Source: Candidatus Rokuibacteriota bacterium
GTDB taxonomy: Bacteria; Methylomirabilota; Methylomirabilia; Rokubacteriales; CSP1-6
NCBI GenBank assembly: GCA_016184125.1
Contig: JACPDG010000057.1
Location: 11,485-75,484, forward strand
Length of the DNA: 64,000 nt
Reading direction: 5' to 3'
Shown here in pieces: positions 41,244-51,122 of this stretch (the first letter of the stretch is position 1; every line of letters starts with the position of its first letter). A model generated the notes under the pieces. That model was given only the letters and a program-made list of their open reading frames with translations. It was not told where the DNA came from and did no database searches. The position numbers and the translations under genes are program-made.

Positions 41244-43063
41244 CCGCGGATGTCGATCGACGCGACCTTCTCGAGGAAGATTGCCTCGTAGATCTTCTTG
41301 GCGATCGGGGCCGCGACCTGACCGCCCTTGCCGCCGCCCTCGACCATCACGACGACGACGACCTGAGGATCGTGCGCCGGCGCGAAGGACGCGAACCAGG
41401 CGTGGTCCTCACCCTTGTCCGCCCGCGAGTTGGTCATCGTCTGCGCCGTCCCGGTCTTGCCCGCGATATCGAGCCCCGGGATGCGTGCCCCGCCGCCCGT
41501 GCCGCCCTCGTTCACGACGCTCCACAGGCTCTTGCGCAGGAATTCCTGGACGATCGGCGACAGCTCGACGTAGCCCATCACCTTGCCGGGATCGTTCCAC
41601 ACGACCCCGCGTTCGGATCGTTCGATGCGCTGCACCAGCCGCGGCTTCCACAACACACCACCGTTCGCCAGCGCCGACATGAACCGCGCGACCTGAATCG
41701 GCGTAACGAGGACCTGGCCCTGTCCGATCGACATGTTCACCGTCTCGCCTGCATGCCAGATCAGGCGGCCGCGCCGATCGCGCTTCGGGGCCGGGATGAG
41801 CCCCGGCTTTTCCCCGGAGAGGTCGATCCCGGTCGCCTGGCCGAGGCCGAACATGCGCGCGTATTTCGCGATCGCCTCGGCGCCGACCCTGAGTCCCGCC
41901 TGGTAGAAATAGATGTTACAGGACTGGACGATCGCCCGGCGCAGGTCGACGGACCCGTGTCCCTCCTTCTTCCAGTCCTTGAACGTCAGTCCGCCCAGGT
42001 GGAACTCGCCGCTGCAGAAGACGCGGTCCATCGGAGTGAGCTTTCCCTCCTGCAGCCCCGCGGCGGCGACGACGACCTTGAAGACCGACCCGGGCGCGTA
42101 CTGACTCTGGATGACGCGGTTCAACAGCGGATGCTTCGGGTCCTGGACGATCGAGAGCCACGCGGCGCGGTCGATGGTGCCGGTGAACCGGTCGATCTCG
42201 AACGCCGGCGCCGAGACCATCGCAAGCACGTCGCCGGTGCGTGGATCCATGACGACCACGGCCCCGGCACGCCCCTCGAACGCGCGCTCGGCGGCCCCCT
42301 GGATGCGGCGGTCGAGCGTCGTCACCACCTGGGCGCCCGGCTCGGGCTCCTTGTGCTGGATGAGGCGGATCGGCCGGCCCAGCGCGTCGACCTCGATCTG
42401 CTCACCGCCGTCGCGGCCCCGCAGGTACTCGTCGAGGAGGCGCTCGAGTCCGCTCTGGCCCACCATGTCGCCACGCCGGTAGCGTCCCTGGCGCAGCTGC
42501 TCGTCGGTGGCCTCGCGCACGTAGCCGAGCAGGTGCGCGGCGAAGCGGCTCGTCGGGTACGCGCGCTGCGGCTCCACCTCGACGATCACGCCGGGCAGCT
42601 CGATCTTCCACTCCTCGATCTTGGCGACGTCCTCGAGCCCGAGCCCGCGACGGATGCGCACCGGCTGGAACGAGTCCGGCGACGCCCGCTCGGCCGCCTG
42701 CACGAGGTCCTCGTACGGAATGCGGAGGAGCGACGCCACACGGCCGAGCACGGCGCCGCGCCGCGCGGGATCGCGGTCGAGCTCGCGCGGGATCAGCGAC
42801 AAGGTGAACGCCGGTCGGTTGTCGACGAGCGGACGGCCGTAGCGGTCGAACAGGATGCCGCGCGGGGCCGCGACCGGGCGGATGCGGGTTCGGTTCTTGT
42901 CCGAGGCGTCGAGGAAGCGGCCCCCCTCGAGCACCTGCAGATACCAGAGCTGCGCGACGATCACGAGCAGCGCGGCCATGACCGAGACCGTGATCGCGAC
43001 GATGCGGCGCTCGTCTCCGCTCCCGGCTGGTCCGAGCCTGGCGTGACGGGGTTGCACGCTCAC
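41240..43063 (-). CDS. mrdA: Penicillin-binding protein 2
   Basis: PGSVFK (SxxK), SCN and KTGTAQ; mre context. Confidence 0.95.
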   Translation of the reverse strand: MSVQPRHARLGPAGSGDERRIVAITVSVMAALLVIVAQLWYLQVLEGGRFLDASDKNRTRIRPVAAPRGILFDRYGRPLVDNRPAFTLSLIPRELDRDPARRGAVLGRVASLLRIPYEDLVQAAERASPDSFQPVRIRRGLGLEDVAKIEEWKIELPGVIVEVEPQRAYPTSRFAAHLLGYVREATDEQLRQGRYRRGDMVGQSGLERLLDEYLRGRDGGEQIEVDALGRPIRLIQHKEPEPGAQVVTTLDRRIQGAAERAFEGRAGAVVVMDPRTGDVLAMVSAPAFEIDRFTGTIDRAAWLSIVQDPKHPLLNRVIQSQYAPGSVFKVVVAAAGLQEGKLTPMDRVFCSGEFHLGGLTFKDWKKEGHGSVDLRRAIVQSCNIYFYQAGLRVGAEAIAKYARMFGLGQATGIDLSGEKPGLIPAPKRDRRGRLIWHAGETVNMSIGQGQVLVTPIQVARFMSALANGGVLWKPRLVQRIERSERGVVWNDPGKVMGYVELSPIVQEFLRKSLWSVVNEGGTGGGARIPGLDIAGKTGTAQTMTNSRADKGEDHAWFASFAPAHDPQVVVVVMVEGGGKGGQVAAPIAKKIYEAIFLEKVASIDIRG

Positions 43064-43070
43064 GCCCGGA

Positions 43071-43559
43071 TCACGCGGCCCGGTCGCGCACGGCGTCCGT
43101 CCACGCGAGGAGCAGGACGACCGCGGCGCCGAGGAATCCGTTGTACAGGGCCTGCGGCAGAACCACGTACGTCATGAGCTCGCCGAAGGAGGCCGGGAAG
43201 TGGAAGAGCTTCAGCAGTCCGAACCGCCCGACGCCCTCGGCGACCGAGAGGAGCACCAGCCCGGGCACCTGGACGAGTGGCTGGGCGACCGCGAGCCGAC
43301 CGGAGAGGCCGCCGACCAGCGCGCCGATCGTGGCCTTCGTCAGCCCCTGCACACCGACAAGTCCGCCGGCGGCCACGTCCTGCAGCAGGCCGGCGGCGAA
43401 CCCGGTCAGGCAGCCGACCTCGGTGCCGCGGCGGAGCGCGACGAGCACGACGATGATCAGCGGGATGTCGGGAGCGATATCGCCGACGCGGATCGCGGGT
43501 GCGATCGTCGCCTGCGCGACGTTGCCGCCGAAGATGGTCAGCAGCAGGAAGGCGCGCAC
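43071..43559 (-). CDS. mreD: Rod shape-determining protein MreD
   Basis: Hydrophobic protein with PD..L and GFAAGLLQD; lies between mreC and mrdA. Confidence 0.85.
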   Translation of the reverse strand: MRAFLLLTIFGGNVAQATIAPAIRVGDIAPDIPLIIVVLVALRRGTEVGCLTGFAAGLLQDVAAGGLVGVQGLTKATIGALVGGLSGRLAVAQPLVQVPGLVLLSVAEGVGRFGLLKLFHFPASFGELMTYVVLPQALYNGFLGAAVVLLLAWTDAVRDRAA

Positions 43560-43569
43560 GGCGACACGC

Positions 43570-44406
43570 TCATCCGTTCGGGGGAAAGTGGCCGGCGAGG
43601 TCCTGCGCGGTGCTCCCCGTGAGGAGCAGCACCTCGTCGACGCGCGCGAAGTCCACGACGGGCTCCAGCGCCGCATAGTGGAAGAGGGCGGCACCGCGGT
43701 CGTCGATGGCACGCACGCGGCCGACCGGGAGGCCGCGCGGGAACACGCCCCCCTGGCCCGCCGTGACGATGAGGTCACCCACCTGGATCTGGTTGCCGTC
43801 GCGCGCCATGAACTTCAACCGCATCGTGCCTCGCGGCTCGCCCTCGACGATCCCCGGAGTGCGTGTGCGGACGGCGTGAGCGCCGACGGTCGACGCGGGG
43901 TCGGTGAGCACCTGCACGATCGACACGCCCAGGCGCACGTCGACGACACGACCGATGAGACCGTCGGGCGTGATGGCGGCCGTGAGCCGGGTGACGTTGT
44001 CTCCGCGACCGCGGTTCACGGTCAGCGAGCGGACCCACCCGCCCCATTCGCGGGCGATGACCTCCCCGGCGAGCGTGTCCAGCGGCAGGCGTGCCCGCAG
44101 GTCGAGCAGCCGGCGAAGTCGGCGGTTCTCGTCCTGCACCTCGGCGACGACGAGGCCGTCGATCCGGAACTTCCGGATCTCCTCGCGCAGGCGGGTGTTT
44201 TCGTTGCGGACGTCCTTCCAATCCAGGTAGGTGGCCCAGAGCCCGAACGTGGCACGGTAGACGCGGGTGAGCACCGTGTGCACCGGCGTCGTGACGACGG
44301 CGACGACGTCGGCGGCGCCGGACGCCTGGCCGCGCGTCTGGAGCGTGAGCAGGACGAGGCACACGAAAATGACCCCGGCCAGCACCAGCACCCCACGACG
44401 TTTCAC
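43570..44406 (-). CDS. mreC: Rod shape-determining protein MreC
   Basis: ENRRLRRLL, GLIGRV and GGVFPRGLPVG. Confidence 0.92.
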   Translation of the reverse strand: MKRRGVLVLAGVIFVCLVLLTLQTRGQASGAADVVAVVTTPVHTVLTRVYRATFGLWATYLDWKDVRNENTRLREEIRKFRIDGLVVAEVQDENRRLRRLLDLRARLPLDTLAGEVIAREWGGWVRSLTVNRGRGDNVTRLTAAITPDGLIGRVVDVRLGVSIVQVLTDPASTVGAHAVRTRTPGIVEGEPRGTMRLKFMARDGNQIQVGDLIVTAGQGGVFPRGLPVGRVRAIDDRGAALFHYAALEPVVDFARVDEVLLLTGSTAQDLAGHFPPNG

Positions 44407-44434
44407 GCGATCGGACCCCGCAGTGGCGACGCCG

Positions 44435-45484
<1,050 letters not shown>

Positions 45485-45805
45485 TCATATTTACCGGTGT
45501 CCTGGGTCTGTCTAGCCTAGCACAGTCCGTGCCACGGCCGAACAAAAACGCCGTAACGACAGCCACTTAGATTGCGCAACGCTCGCGTGATCCCGTTGCT
45601 GGGCTCTCGTCTGCCGATAAACGGAAATACTTTTCGCGAGGTTTGAGGCCATGTCCGCCCCCGGGGCCACGAGGACCGCGCGTAGCCCGCCTGGCCTTTC
45701 CCCGGTGCCGTAGATCCTGAAGCAGAAGGAGGCGAGAGCGCAGCAGCCGGGACCCAGTCTGACACGAGGTTGACGCAGCCTGTCGCCCGACCGGGTCCCA
45801 CGGTG

Positions 45806-47092
45806 TCATCGCACCCCGAGCACATTCGGAAGCCAGAGCGTGACGGCCGGGACGTACGCGACGACGGCGAGCGCTGCGACCAGGGCCAGGACGAAGGGCA
45901 GCGCCCACCGTGACACCTCCTCCATCGGAACCCCCGCGATCCGGGACGCGACGTAGAGGTTGACCGCCACGGGCGGCGTGACGGTCCCGACCGCGAGGTT
46001 GACCGTCATCATGACGCCGAACCAGATCGGGTCCCACTCGAACCGCGCGAGGAGCGGGATGAAGATCGGCAGGAACACGTAGTAGATCGAGATCGCATCG
46101 AGCAGCATGCCGGCGATGACGAGCAGGACGTTCAGCAACGCGAGGATGACGTACGGGTTGTCCGAGAGCGTGAGCAGCGAGTGCGCCGCGCGGTCCATCA
46201 CGCCGAGCGTCGAGCCGGTCCACGAGAACAGGCCGGCGAAACTGACGACGATCATGACGACGGACGTCGCCACCGCCGCGTCGAGAAAGAGGTGGTACAG
46301 GTCGGCGAGCGCGAGGTTGCGCAGGACGACGAAGCCGACGAACAGCCCGTACATCACCGCGACGACGGCGGCTTCCGTCGGCGTGAACACGCCTCCGTAG
46401 ATCCCGCCGAGGATCACGAGCGGCGCGATCAGACCCCACTTCGCCTCCCACGCCGCGCGCGCGATCTCGCGGGGGGTGCCCCACGGCTCGCCGCCCCATC
46501 CTCGCCGTCGGGAGATGATGACGACCGGCATGACCAGAGCCAGGCCCATCAGCAGTCCGGGGACGACCCCGGCGGCGAACAGCCTCGACACCGACGTCTC
46601 CGTGATCACGCCGTACACGACGAACGCGACGCTCGGCGGAATGAGCACGTCGGTCGTGGCCGCGGCAGCGACGAGCGCGGCGGCGAACCCGACCGCGTAC
46701 CCGCGGTGGACCATCGCCGGGATCATCACGGAGCCGATCGCCGCCGTGTCTGCCGGGCCGGTGCCCGAGATCGCGCCGAAGAACACGCAGCCACCGACGG
46801 CGACGAGTCCGAGGCCGCCGCGCACGGGTCCGATGAGCCGGTTCAGCAGCTGCACGAGGCCGTGCGACAGGCCGACGCGCTCCATGACGAAGCCCGCGAG
46901 GATGAAGAAGGGGATCGCCAGCAGCGGGAACTTCGCAATGTTCGCGTACACGTTCGCCGCCGTCACCTGCACCCCGAGGCCGAACGTCCACAGGAACACG
47001 ACCGCGGTCAGCCCAACCGCGGTGAGGATCGGGACACCGAGCAGGAGCAGCAGCAGGAACGCGCCGAAGAGAACGACGCCCGGATCGATCAC
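45806..47092 (-). CDS. dctM: TRAP transporter large permease
   Basis: LLAIPFFILAG, IPPS, GVFTPTEAA and TPPVAVNL. Confidence 0.92.
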   Translation of the reverse strand: MIDPGVVLFGAFLLLLLLGVPILTAVGLTAVVFLWTFGLGVQVTAANVYANIAKFPLLAIPFFILAGFVMERVGLSHGLVQLLNRLIGPVRGGLGLVAVGGCVFFGAISGTGPADTAAIGSVMIPAMVHRGYAVGFAAALVAAAATTDVLIPPSVAFVVYGVITETSVSRLFAAGVVPGLLMGLALVMPVVIISRRRGWGGEPWGTPREIARAAWEAKWGLIAPLVILGGIYGGVFTPTEAAVVAVMYGLFVGFVVLRNLALADLYHLFLDAAVATSVVMIVVSFAGLFSWTGSTLGVMDRAAHSLLTLSDNPYVILALLNVLLVIAGMLLDAISIYYVFLPIFIPLLARFEWDPIWFGVMMTVNLAVGTVTPPVAVNLYVASRIAGVPMEEVSRWALPFVLALVAALAVVAYVPAVTLWLPNVLGVR

Positions 47093-47550
47093 GTGTCGCC
47101 ACGCCACGCGCGCGTGGCGGCTTGCACGATGCGCAGCATCACGAGGACGCCGAACACCGGAATCCCCGCGGTGTACCACCACTGGGGGATGGCGAGCGCC
47201 TCCGACGTCGTCCCGAGCATCCGCTCGCTCTCGATCTGGCGGACGCCGTAGTAGACGAGGATGCCGAAGAGCGCCACGCTCAGGACCGCGGAGAAGACGA
47301 CCGAGCCACGCCGCACGGCACGGGGCAGCCGCTCGACGAGCCAGGTGAACGCCAGGTGCCCGCCCTCCCGGAACGCGACGGCCGTCCCGAGGAGCGTGAG
47401 CCACACGAACAGGCTCACCACGAGCTCCTCGGTGAAGGCCAGCGAGTAGCGGATGACGTACCGCGTGATGACGTTGACGAACGCCACGAGCGTCATCACG
47501 GCGAAGACGAGCACCGCTGCCGCCTCCTCGAGGCGGTCGAACCGCTGCAC
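47089..47550 (-). CDS. dctQ: TRAP transporter small permease
   Basis: Four TM segments with RY...AFTEEL...W..LLG...GGH. Confidence 0.9.
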   Translation of the reverse strand: MQRFDRLEEAAAVLVFAVMTLVAFVNVITRYVIRYSLAFTEELVVSLFVWLTLLGTAVAFREGGHLAFTWLVERLPRAVRRGSVVFSAVLSVALFGILVYYGVRQIESERMLGTTSEALAIPQWWYTAGIPVFGVLVMLRIVQAATRAWRGDT

Positions 47551-47554
47551 GCGG

Positions 47555-48577
47555 CTATTTCGTCTTCGAGACGATCTGCTCGGCCGACTTCACGAGGTCG
47601 GCGCCGACCTCGCCGACCCACTTGTCGTAGACGGGCCGGGTCTTCTCGCGGAACCCCGCGATCGCGGCCGGCGACAGCACGACCACCTCCATGCCGTTCT
47701 TCTTGAGGTTCTCGATGCCCTCGGTCGAGCCCTCGAGTCCCTTGCGCGCGGCCGCCTTCTCCCACGCCGCGACCTCGACGGCCGTCTTCTTCACGATCTC
47801 GCGATCGGCGGGGGAGAGGCTGTTCCAGGTGAGCTTCGACACGCCGATGATCACGGGGTCGATCGCGTACCCCCAGACGGTGAGGTGCTTCTGCGACGTC
47901 CACAGCTTGAACGGCGTGATCACCGTGACGATCGGGTTCTCCTGACCGTCGACGGTGCCGGAAACGAAGGCCTGCTGCGCCTCGCCCCAGTTCATGTTCA
48001 CCGGGTTCGCACCGAGCGCGCGGAACGTGTCGATGAAGATCGGCGAGCCGACGACCCGGATCTTCAGGCCGTTCAGGTCCTCCGGCTTGCGGACGGCCCG
48101 CTTGGAGTTCGTCACCTCCCGGAAGCCGTTCTCCGCCCAGGCGAGCGGGATCACGCCCTTCGCCTCGATGAGCTGCGCGAGCTTCCGTCCCGGCTCGCCC
48201 TCCTGCACCGCGTCGAGCGCCTTGTAGGACGGGAACATGAAGGGCATCGCGAACAGGTTCAGCTCCTTCACCTGCGGCGACCAGTTGATCGTCGAGCCGA
48301 ACGCGAAGTCGGCGACGCCCTGGTTGAGCAGCGTGAACTCGTTCGTCTGCTTCCCGGCGAAGAGTTGCCCGGCGAAGTAGTTCTTGATGTTGATCCGCCC
48401 CTGCGTCCGCTCCTTCAGCCGGTCGGCGAACCTGATCGCCGCCTCGCCCCACGGGCCCGTCGGCCCCACGACCAGGCTGTTCTTGAATTCGGGTTTGTAC
48501 TGCTGGGCCTGGGCCGGCGCGATACCGACGGCCACGCCGAGGGCGACTGCGATCACGGGAGCGACCCACCGACGCAT
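47555..48577 (-). CDS. dctP: TRAP transporter substrate-binding protein
   Basis: Signal peptide, ENGFREVTN, DLNGLKIRV and VDGQENP. Confidence 0.93.
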   Translation of the reverse strand: MRRWVAPVIAVALGVAVGIAPAQAQQYKPEFKNSLVVGPTGPWGEAAIRFADRLKERTQGRINIKNYFAGQLFAGKQTNEFTLLNQGVADFAFGSTINWSPQVKELNLFAMPFMFPSYKALDAVQEGEPGRKLAQLIEAKGVIPLAWAENGFREVTNSKRAVRKPEDLNGLKIRVVGSPIFIDTFRALGANPVNMNWGEAQQAFVSGTVDGQENPIVTVITPFKLWTSQKHLTVWGYAIDPVIIGVSKLTWNSLSPADREIVKKTAVEVAAWEKAAARKGLEGSTEGIENLKKNGMEVVVLSPAAIAGFREKTRPVYDKWVGEVGADLVKSAEQIVSKTK

Positions 48578-48780
48578 GCTGGACTCCTTCATCTGCTGGT
48601 TTGCGCATCGCGCGCTGGCGACGCGGACATCCACGTATAGCACCGGACGGCCTGACATGACAACGAGGGCTTCGGGCGGGCTCGCGGCGCAAAATCCCAT
48701 TGACTCTCACAGGCCCCGCGTGTAAATCTTTCCCTCGGTTTTGGCTGGGACGGTGTTGAGTACAAATCGGGATTCGAGAC

Positions 48781-48820
48781 AGACGCCGCGCGGGATGCCC
48801 CTCGCGCGGCGTTTTTCTTT
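48781..48820 (+). terminator. Intrinsic terminator-like hairpin in the csp leader
   Basis: GACGCCGCGCG...CGCGCGGCGTT followed by TTTCTTT, downstream of a TTGACT promoter candidate at 48700. Confidence 0.6.
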
Positions 48821-48900
48821 GCCTTCCAATTCCGGAAGGTGACCCCGCCATCCCGGCGGGGATCAGCCGGGGCAGGAGTCCCCAAGGAGAGTCGCAGGAC

Positions 48901-49101
48901 ATGGCACAGGGACGTGTGAAGTGGTTCAACGATGCGAAGGGGTACGGGTTCATCACGCAGGACGGCGGCGAGGACGTGTTCGTCCACTACAGCGCCATCC
49001 AGGCTCAGGGCTTCAAGACGCTGTCCGAGGGTGACCTGGTCGAGTTCGAGGTGACGCGCGGTCCGAAGGGTCTCCAGGCGGCGAACGTCCGCAAGCTCTA
49101 A
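48901..49101 (+). CDS. cspA: Cold-shock protein
   Basis: [13 protein letters not shown] (RNP1) and DVFVHYS (RNP2). Confidence 0.95.
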   Translation: MAQGRVKWFNDAKGYGFITQDGGEDVFVHYSAIQAQGFKTLSEGDLVEFEVTRGPKGLQAANVRKL

Positions 49102-49172
49102 GCTCCTGCGTCCCGGCATGCGGCTCCGGATCCACGTCATCTATGGGTCCGGAGCGGCCCACCGTCCGACTC

Positions 49173-49272
49173 AGTTCGAGCCAACAATCGACCGCCGGGC
49201 GGTCGATTGTTGCTCGAACTCTCAGTTCGTAGAAACCATCGGCCGCGAACGCGGCCGATGGTTTCACGAACT
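49173..49272. repeat. Two tandem family-B 48/49-bp palindromes separated and flanked by CTC
   Basis: CTC|AGTTCG...CGAACT|CTC|AGTTCG...CGAACT|CTC. Confidence 0.9.
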
Positions 49273-49375
49273 CTCATCCGAGCAGATGACCGAGCCGCGG
49301 GGTCGTCTGTGCCGGAACGTGAACGATCATCCAGCGTGACCGCCGCGGCGACACCGCCAAGCGAGGCAAGAGGAC

Positions 49376-49576
49376 ATGGCACAGGGCATCGTCAAGTGGT
49401 TCAACGACGCGAAGGGCTACGGCTTCATCCAGATCGAGGGGGGCGAGGACGTCTTCGTCCACTACAGCGCGATCCAGGCCTCCGGGTTCCGCACGCTCGC
49501 CGAAGGCGATGTCGTGGAGTTCGAGATGGCGCGGGGCCCGAAGGGACTTCAGGCGTCCAACGTGAAGAAGGTCTGA
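49376..49576 (+). CDS. Cold-shock protein (paralog)
   Basis: [13 protein letters not shown] and DVFVHYS. Confidence 0.95.
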   Translation: MAQGIVKWFNDAKGYGFIQIEGGEDVFVHYSAIQASGFRTLAEGDVVEFEMARGPKGLQASNVKKV

Positions 49577-49734
49577 CGCGCGATCGCGCGCCGGTCGACT
49601 CGGGACGGCCCCCGGATTCCCCGGGGGCCGTCGCATTTCCGGGAGAGCGGGCAAAAAAGAGCCCCGACGGCTGCTGCGACGCTGCGCGATCCCTCATGGC
49701 GCGTCGCCCCGCGTGGTGAGCGCGGGAACCGTCG

Positions 49735-49918
49735 GGGCCGGTGGTGCCTGGTTCTCCCAGGCGGCCCACCAGGGACTCGTGTGGACCTTGCCCTAGGAGG
49801 CAACCACCTCACAGATCACCGTAGGGCTACACATCGACTGGATCACCTCCTATTCTCGGCAAGGGCGCCACGCGGGCCCAGGTCCCACTTACCCAGAACC
49901 GGATGCCGACTCCCGGCC
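49735..49918. ncRNA. Candidate rod-shaped structured RNA containing a 13-codon ORF (49793-49834, minus)
   Basis: Nested complementary blocks across ~185 nt; AGGAGGTGATCCAG lies upstream of ATG-TGT-AGC...TAG. Confidence 0.5.
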
Positions 49919-50057
49919 CGGGGCCCGGTCACGTTCTGCCACCGGCGTCATTACCGGCGGGGACGCTCGAGGAGCGCTGTTGTCCGCTCCGACCGGTATT
50001 TGATTGCATCCTACACGAGCCCGTGGCGCCGCCAAACGAAAAAGTGGTGAGCGTGCG

Positions 50058-50441
50058 CTACTCGACGACGATCCGTCCGCGATTACGTTCCCAGAGTCCC
50101 GCGCCGATGCCCTGCACGCGCCGGATCTCCTGCGGTTTCTTGAAGACGCCGTGCGTCGTCCGGTACTGGACGATCTTCTCGGCGACCTTGCGGCCGATGC
50201 CGGAGAGCGTCATGAGCTGATCGACGCTCGCCGTGTTGATGTTCACGGGTGCCGAGGCGGCGACCTCGGACTTCGTGTCCGTCACGGCCGTCTTCTCGGT
50301 TCGAGCGACAATCGACCGCCGCGGCGGTCGATTGTCGCTCGAACTCTCCGGCGCGGCGGATGCAGCCGGCGTCAGCAGGAATGGCAAGATCGAGGCAACG
50401 ACGAGGGCGATCGCGAGCGACGAGCGAAGTGCGATGCGCAT
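50058..50441 (-). CDS. comEA: ComEA-family helix-hairpin-helix DNA-binding protein
   Basis: Signal peptide, VNINTAS...LSGIGRKVAEKIVQYR and VQGIG. Confidence 0.88.
   Translation of the reverse strand: MRIALRSSLAIALVVASILPFLLTPAASAAPESSSDNRPPRRSIVARTEKTAVTDTKSEVAASAPVNINTASVDQLMTLSGIGRKVAEKIVQYRTTHGVFKKPQEIRRVQGIGAGLWERNRGRIVVE
50298..50345. repeat. Family-B palindrome inserted in frame in comEA
   Basis: Perfect 46-bp palindrome (50299-50344) with CTC on both sides; 48+3 = 51 bp. Confidence 0.9.
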
Positions 50442-50490
50442 AGGGGTTCTCCCGGTGCCGTACGGGCACCATGATCCGTTCACGTCCGAG

Positions 50491-50628
50491 TTCATCGGGG
50501 GACTATCGATGCCCCCCAAGCCTCCCAACTCGGAGCGCCCCGGGGGGGTGCGCGGACGCACCCGTGGTGCGCGGACGCACCCGCCAAAGCCGTGGCGCTC
50601 CTCGACCACCGAATTCCTTCACGGGCTC
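50491..50628 (+). repeat. Family-A repeat copy
   Basis: CATCGGGGGACTATCGATGCCCCCCAAG...TTCACGGGCTC. Confidence 0.85.
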
Positions 50629-50816
50629 CGCGGCGCGCGTCACCGCACGACGGGGCCGGTGACGCGCCCGCGCTTTACCGAACGCTCGCGAGCACGACCA
50701 TTCGACGTCGCGGGTCCGGTGCCGTCAACGTCCAAAGTTGTGGTCACACGCATCCGATACGCTGCCGGCGGGACGTCATCGATGCCCGCGCGACGGTGCC
50801 CGCGCAGGTGGGCCGC

Positions 50817-51122
50817 CTACTCCTCCGCGCGCTCCTCGAGCCGCGCCAGGTACTCGGCCCACTCGACCGGTACGAGGCTCTGCTTGCGTGTGTTGCAGTC
50901 CTTGCAGGACGGCACGACGTTGCCGCGCACCGACGTGCCGCCGCGGCCCAGTGGCACGATGTGGTCCATCGTGAGGGAGGTGGGGCCGACCGACCGGCGG
51001 CAGTAGTAGCAGACGCCGCTCGCGATGCGGCGCTTCCACCAGGCGCTCTTTCTGAGCTCGCGCGCCCGCGCCCGCTCGCGCCTGAGCTCGTCGGGATCGA
51101 TGGGCGCGTAGAACTCAGGCAT
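50817..51122 (-). CDS. Small HNH endonuclease
   Basis: CYYC...TMDHIVPLGRGG....NVVPSCKDCN. Confidence 0.88.
   Translation of the reverse strand: MPEFYAPIDPDELRRERARARELRKSAWWKRRIASGVCYYCRRSVGPTSLTMDHIVPLGRGGTSVRGNVVPSCKDCNTRKQSLVPVEWAEYLARLEERAEE

Noticed and set aside
49838-49851. 16S rRNA gene fragment
   Set aside because: Only 14 nt match the 16S 3' end; the flanks show no other rRNA sequence.
49722-49940. tmRNA or RNase P RNA
   Set aside because: There is no TPsiC arm with a CCA end and no GAGGAAAGUCC motif.
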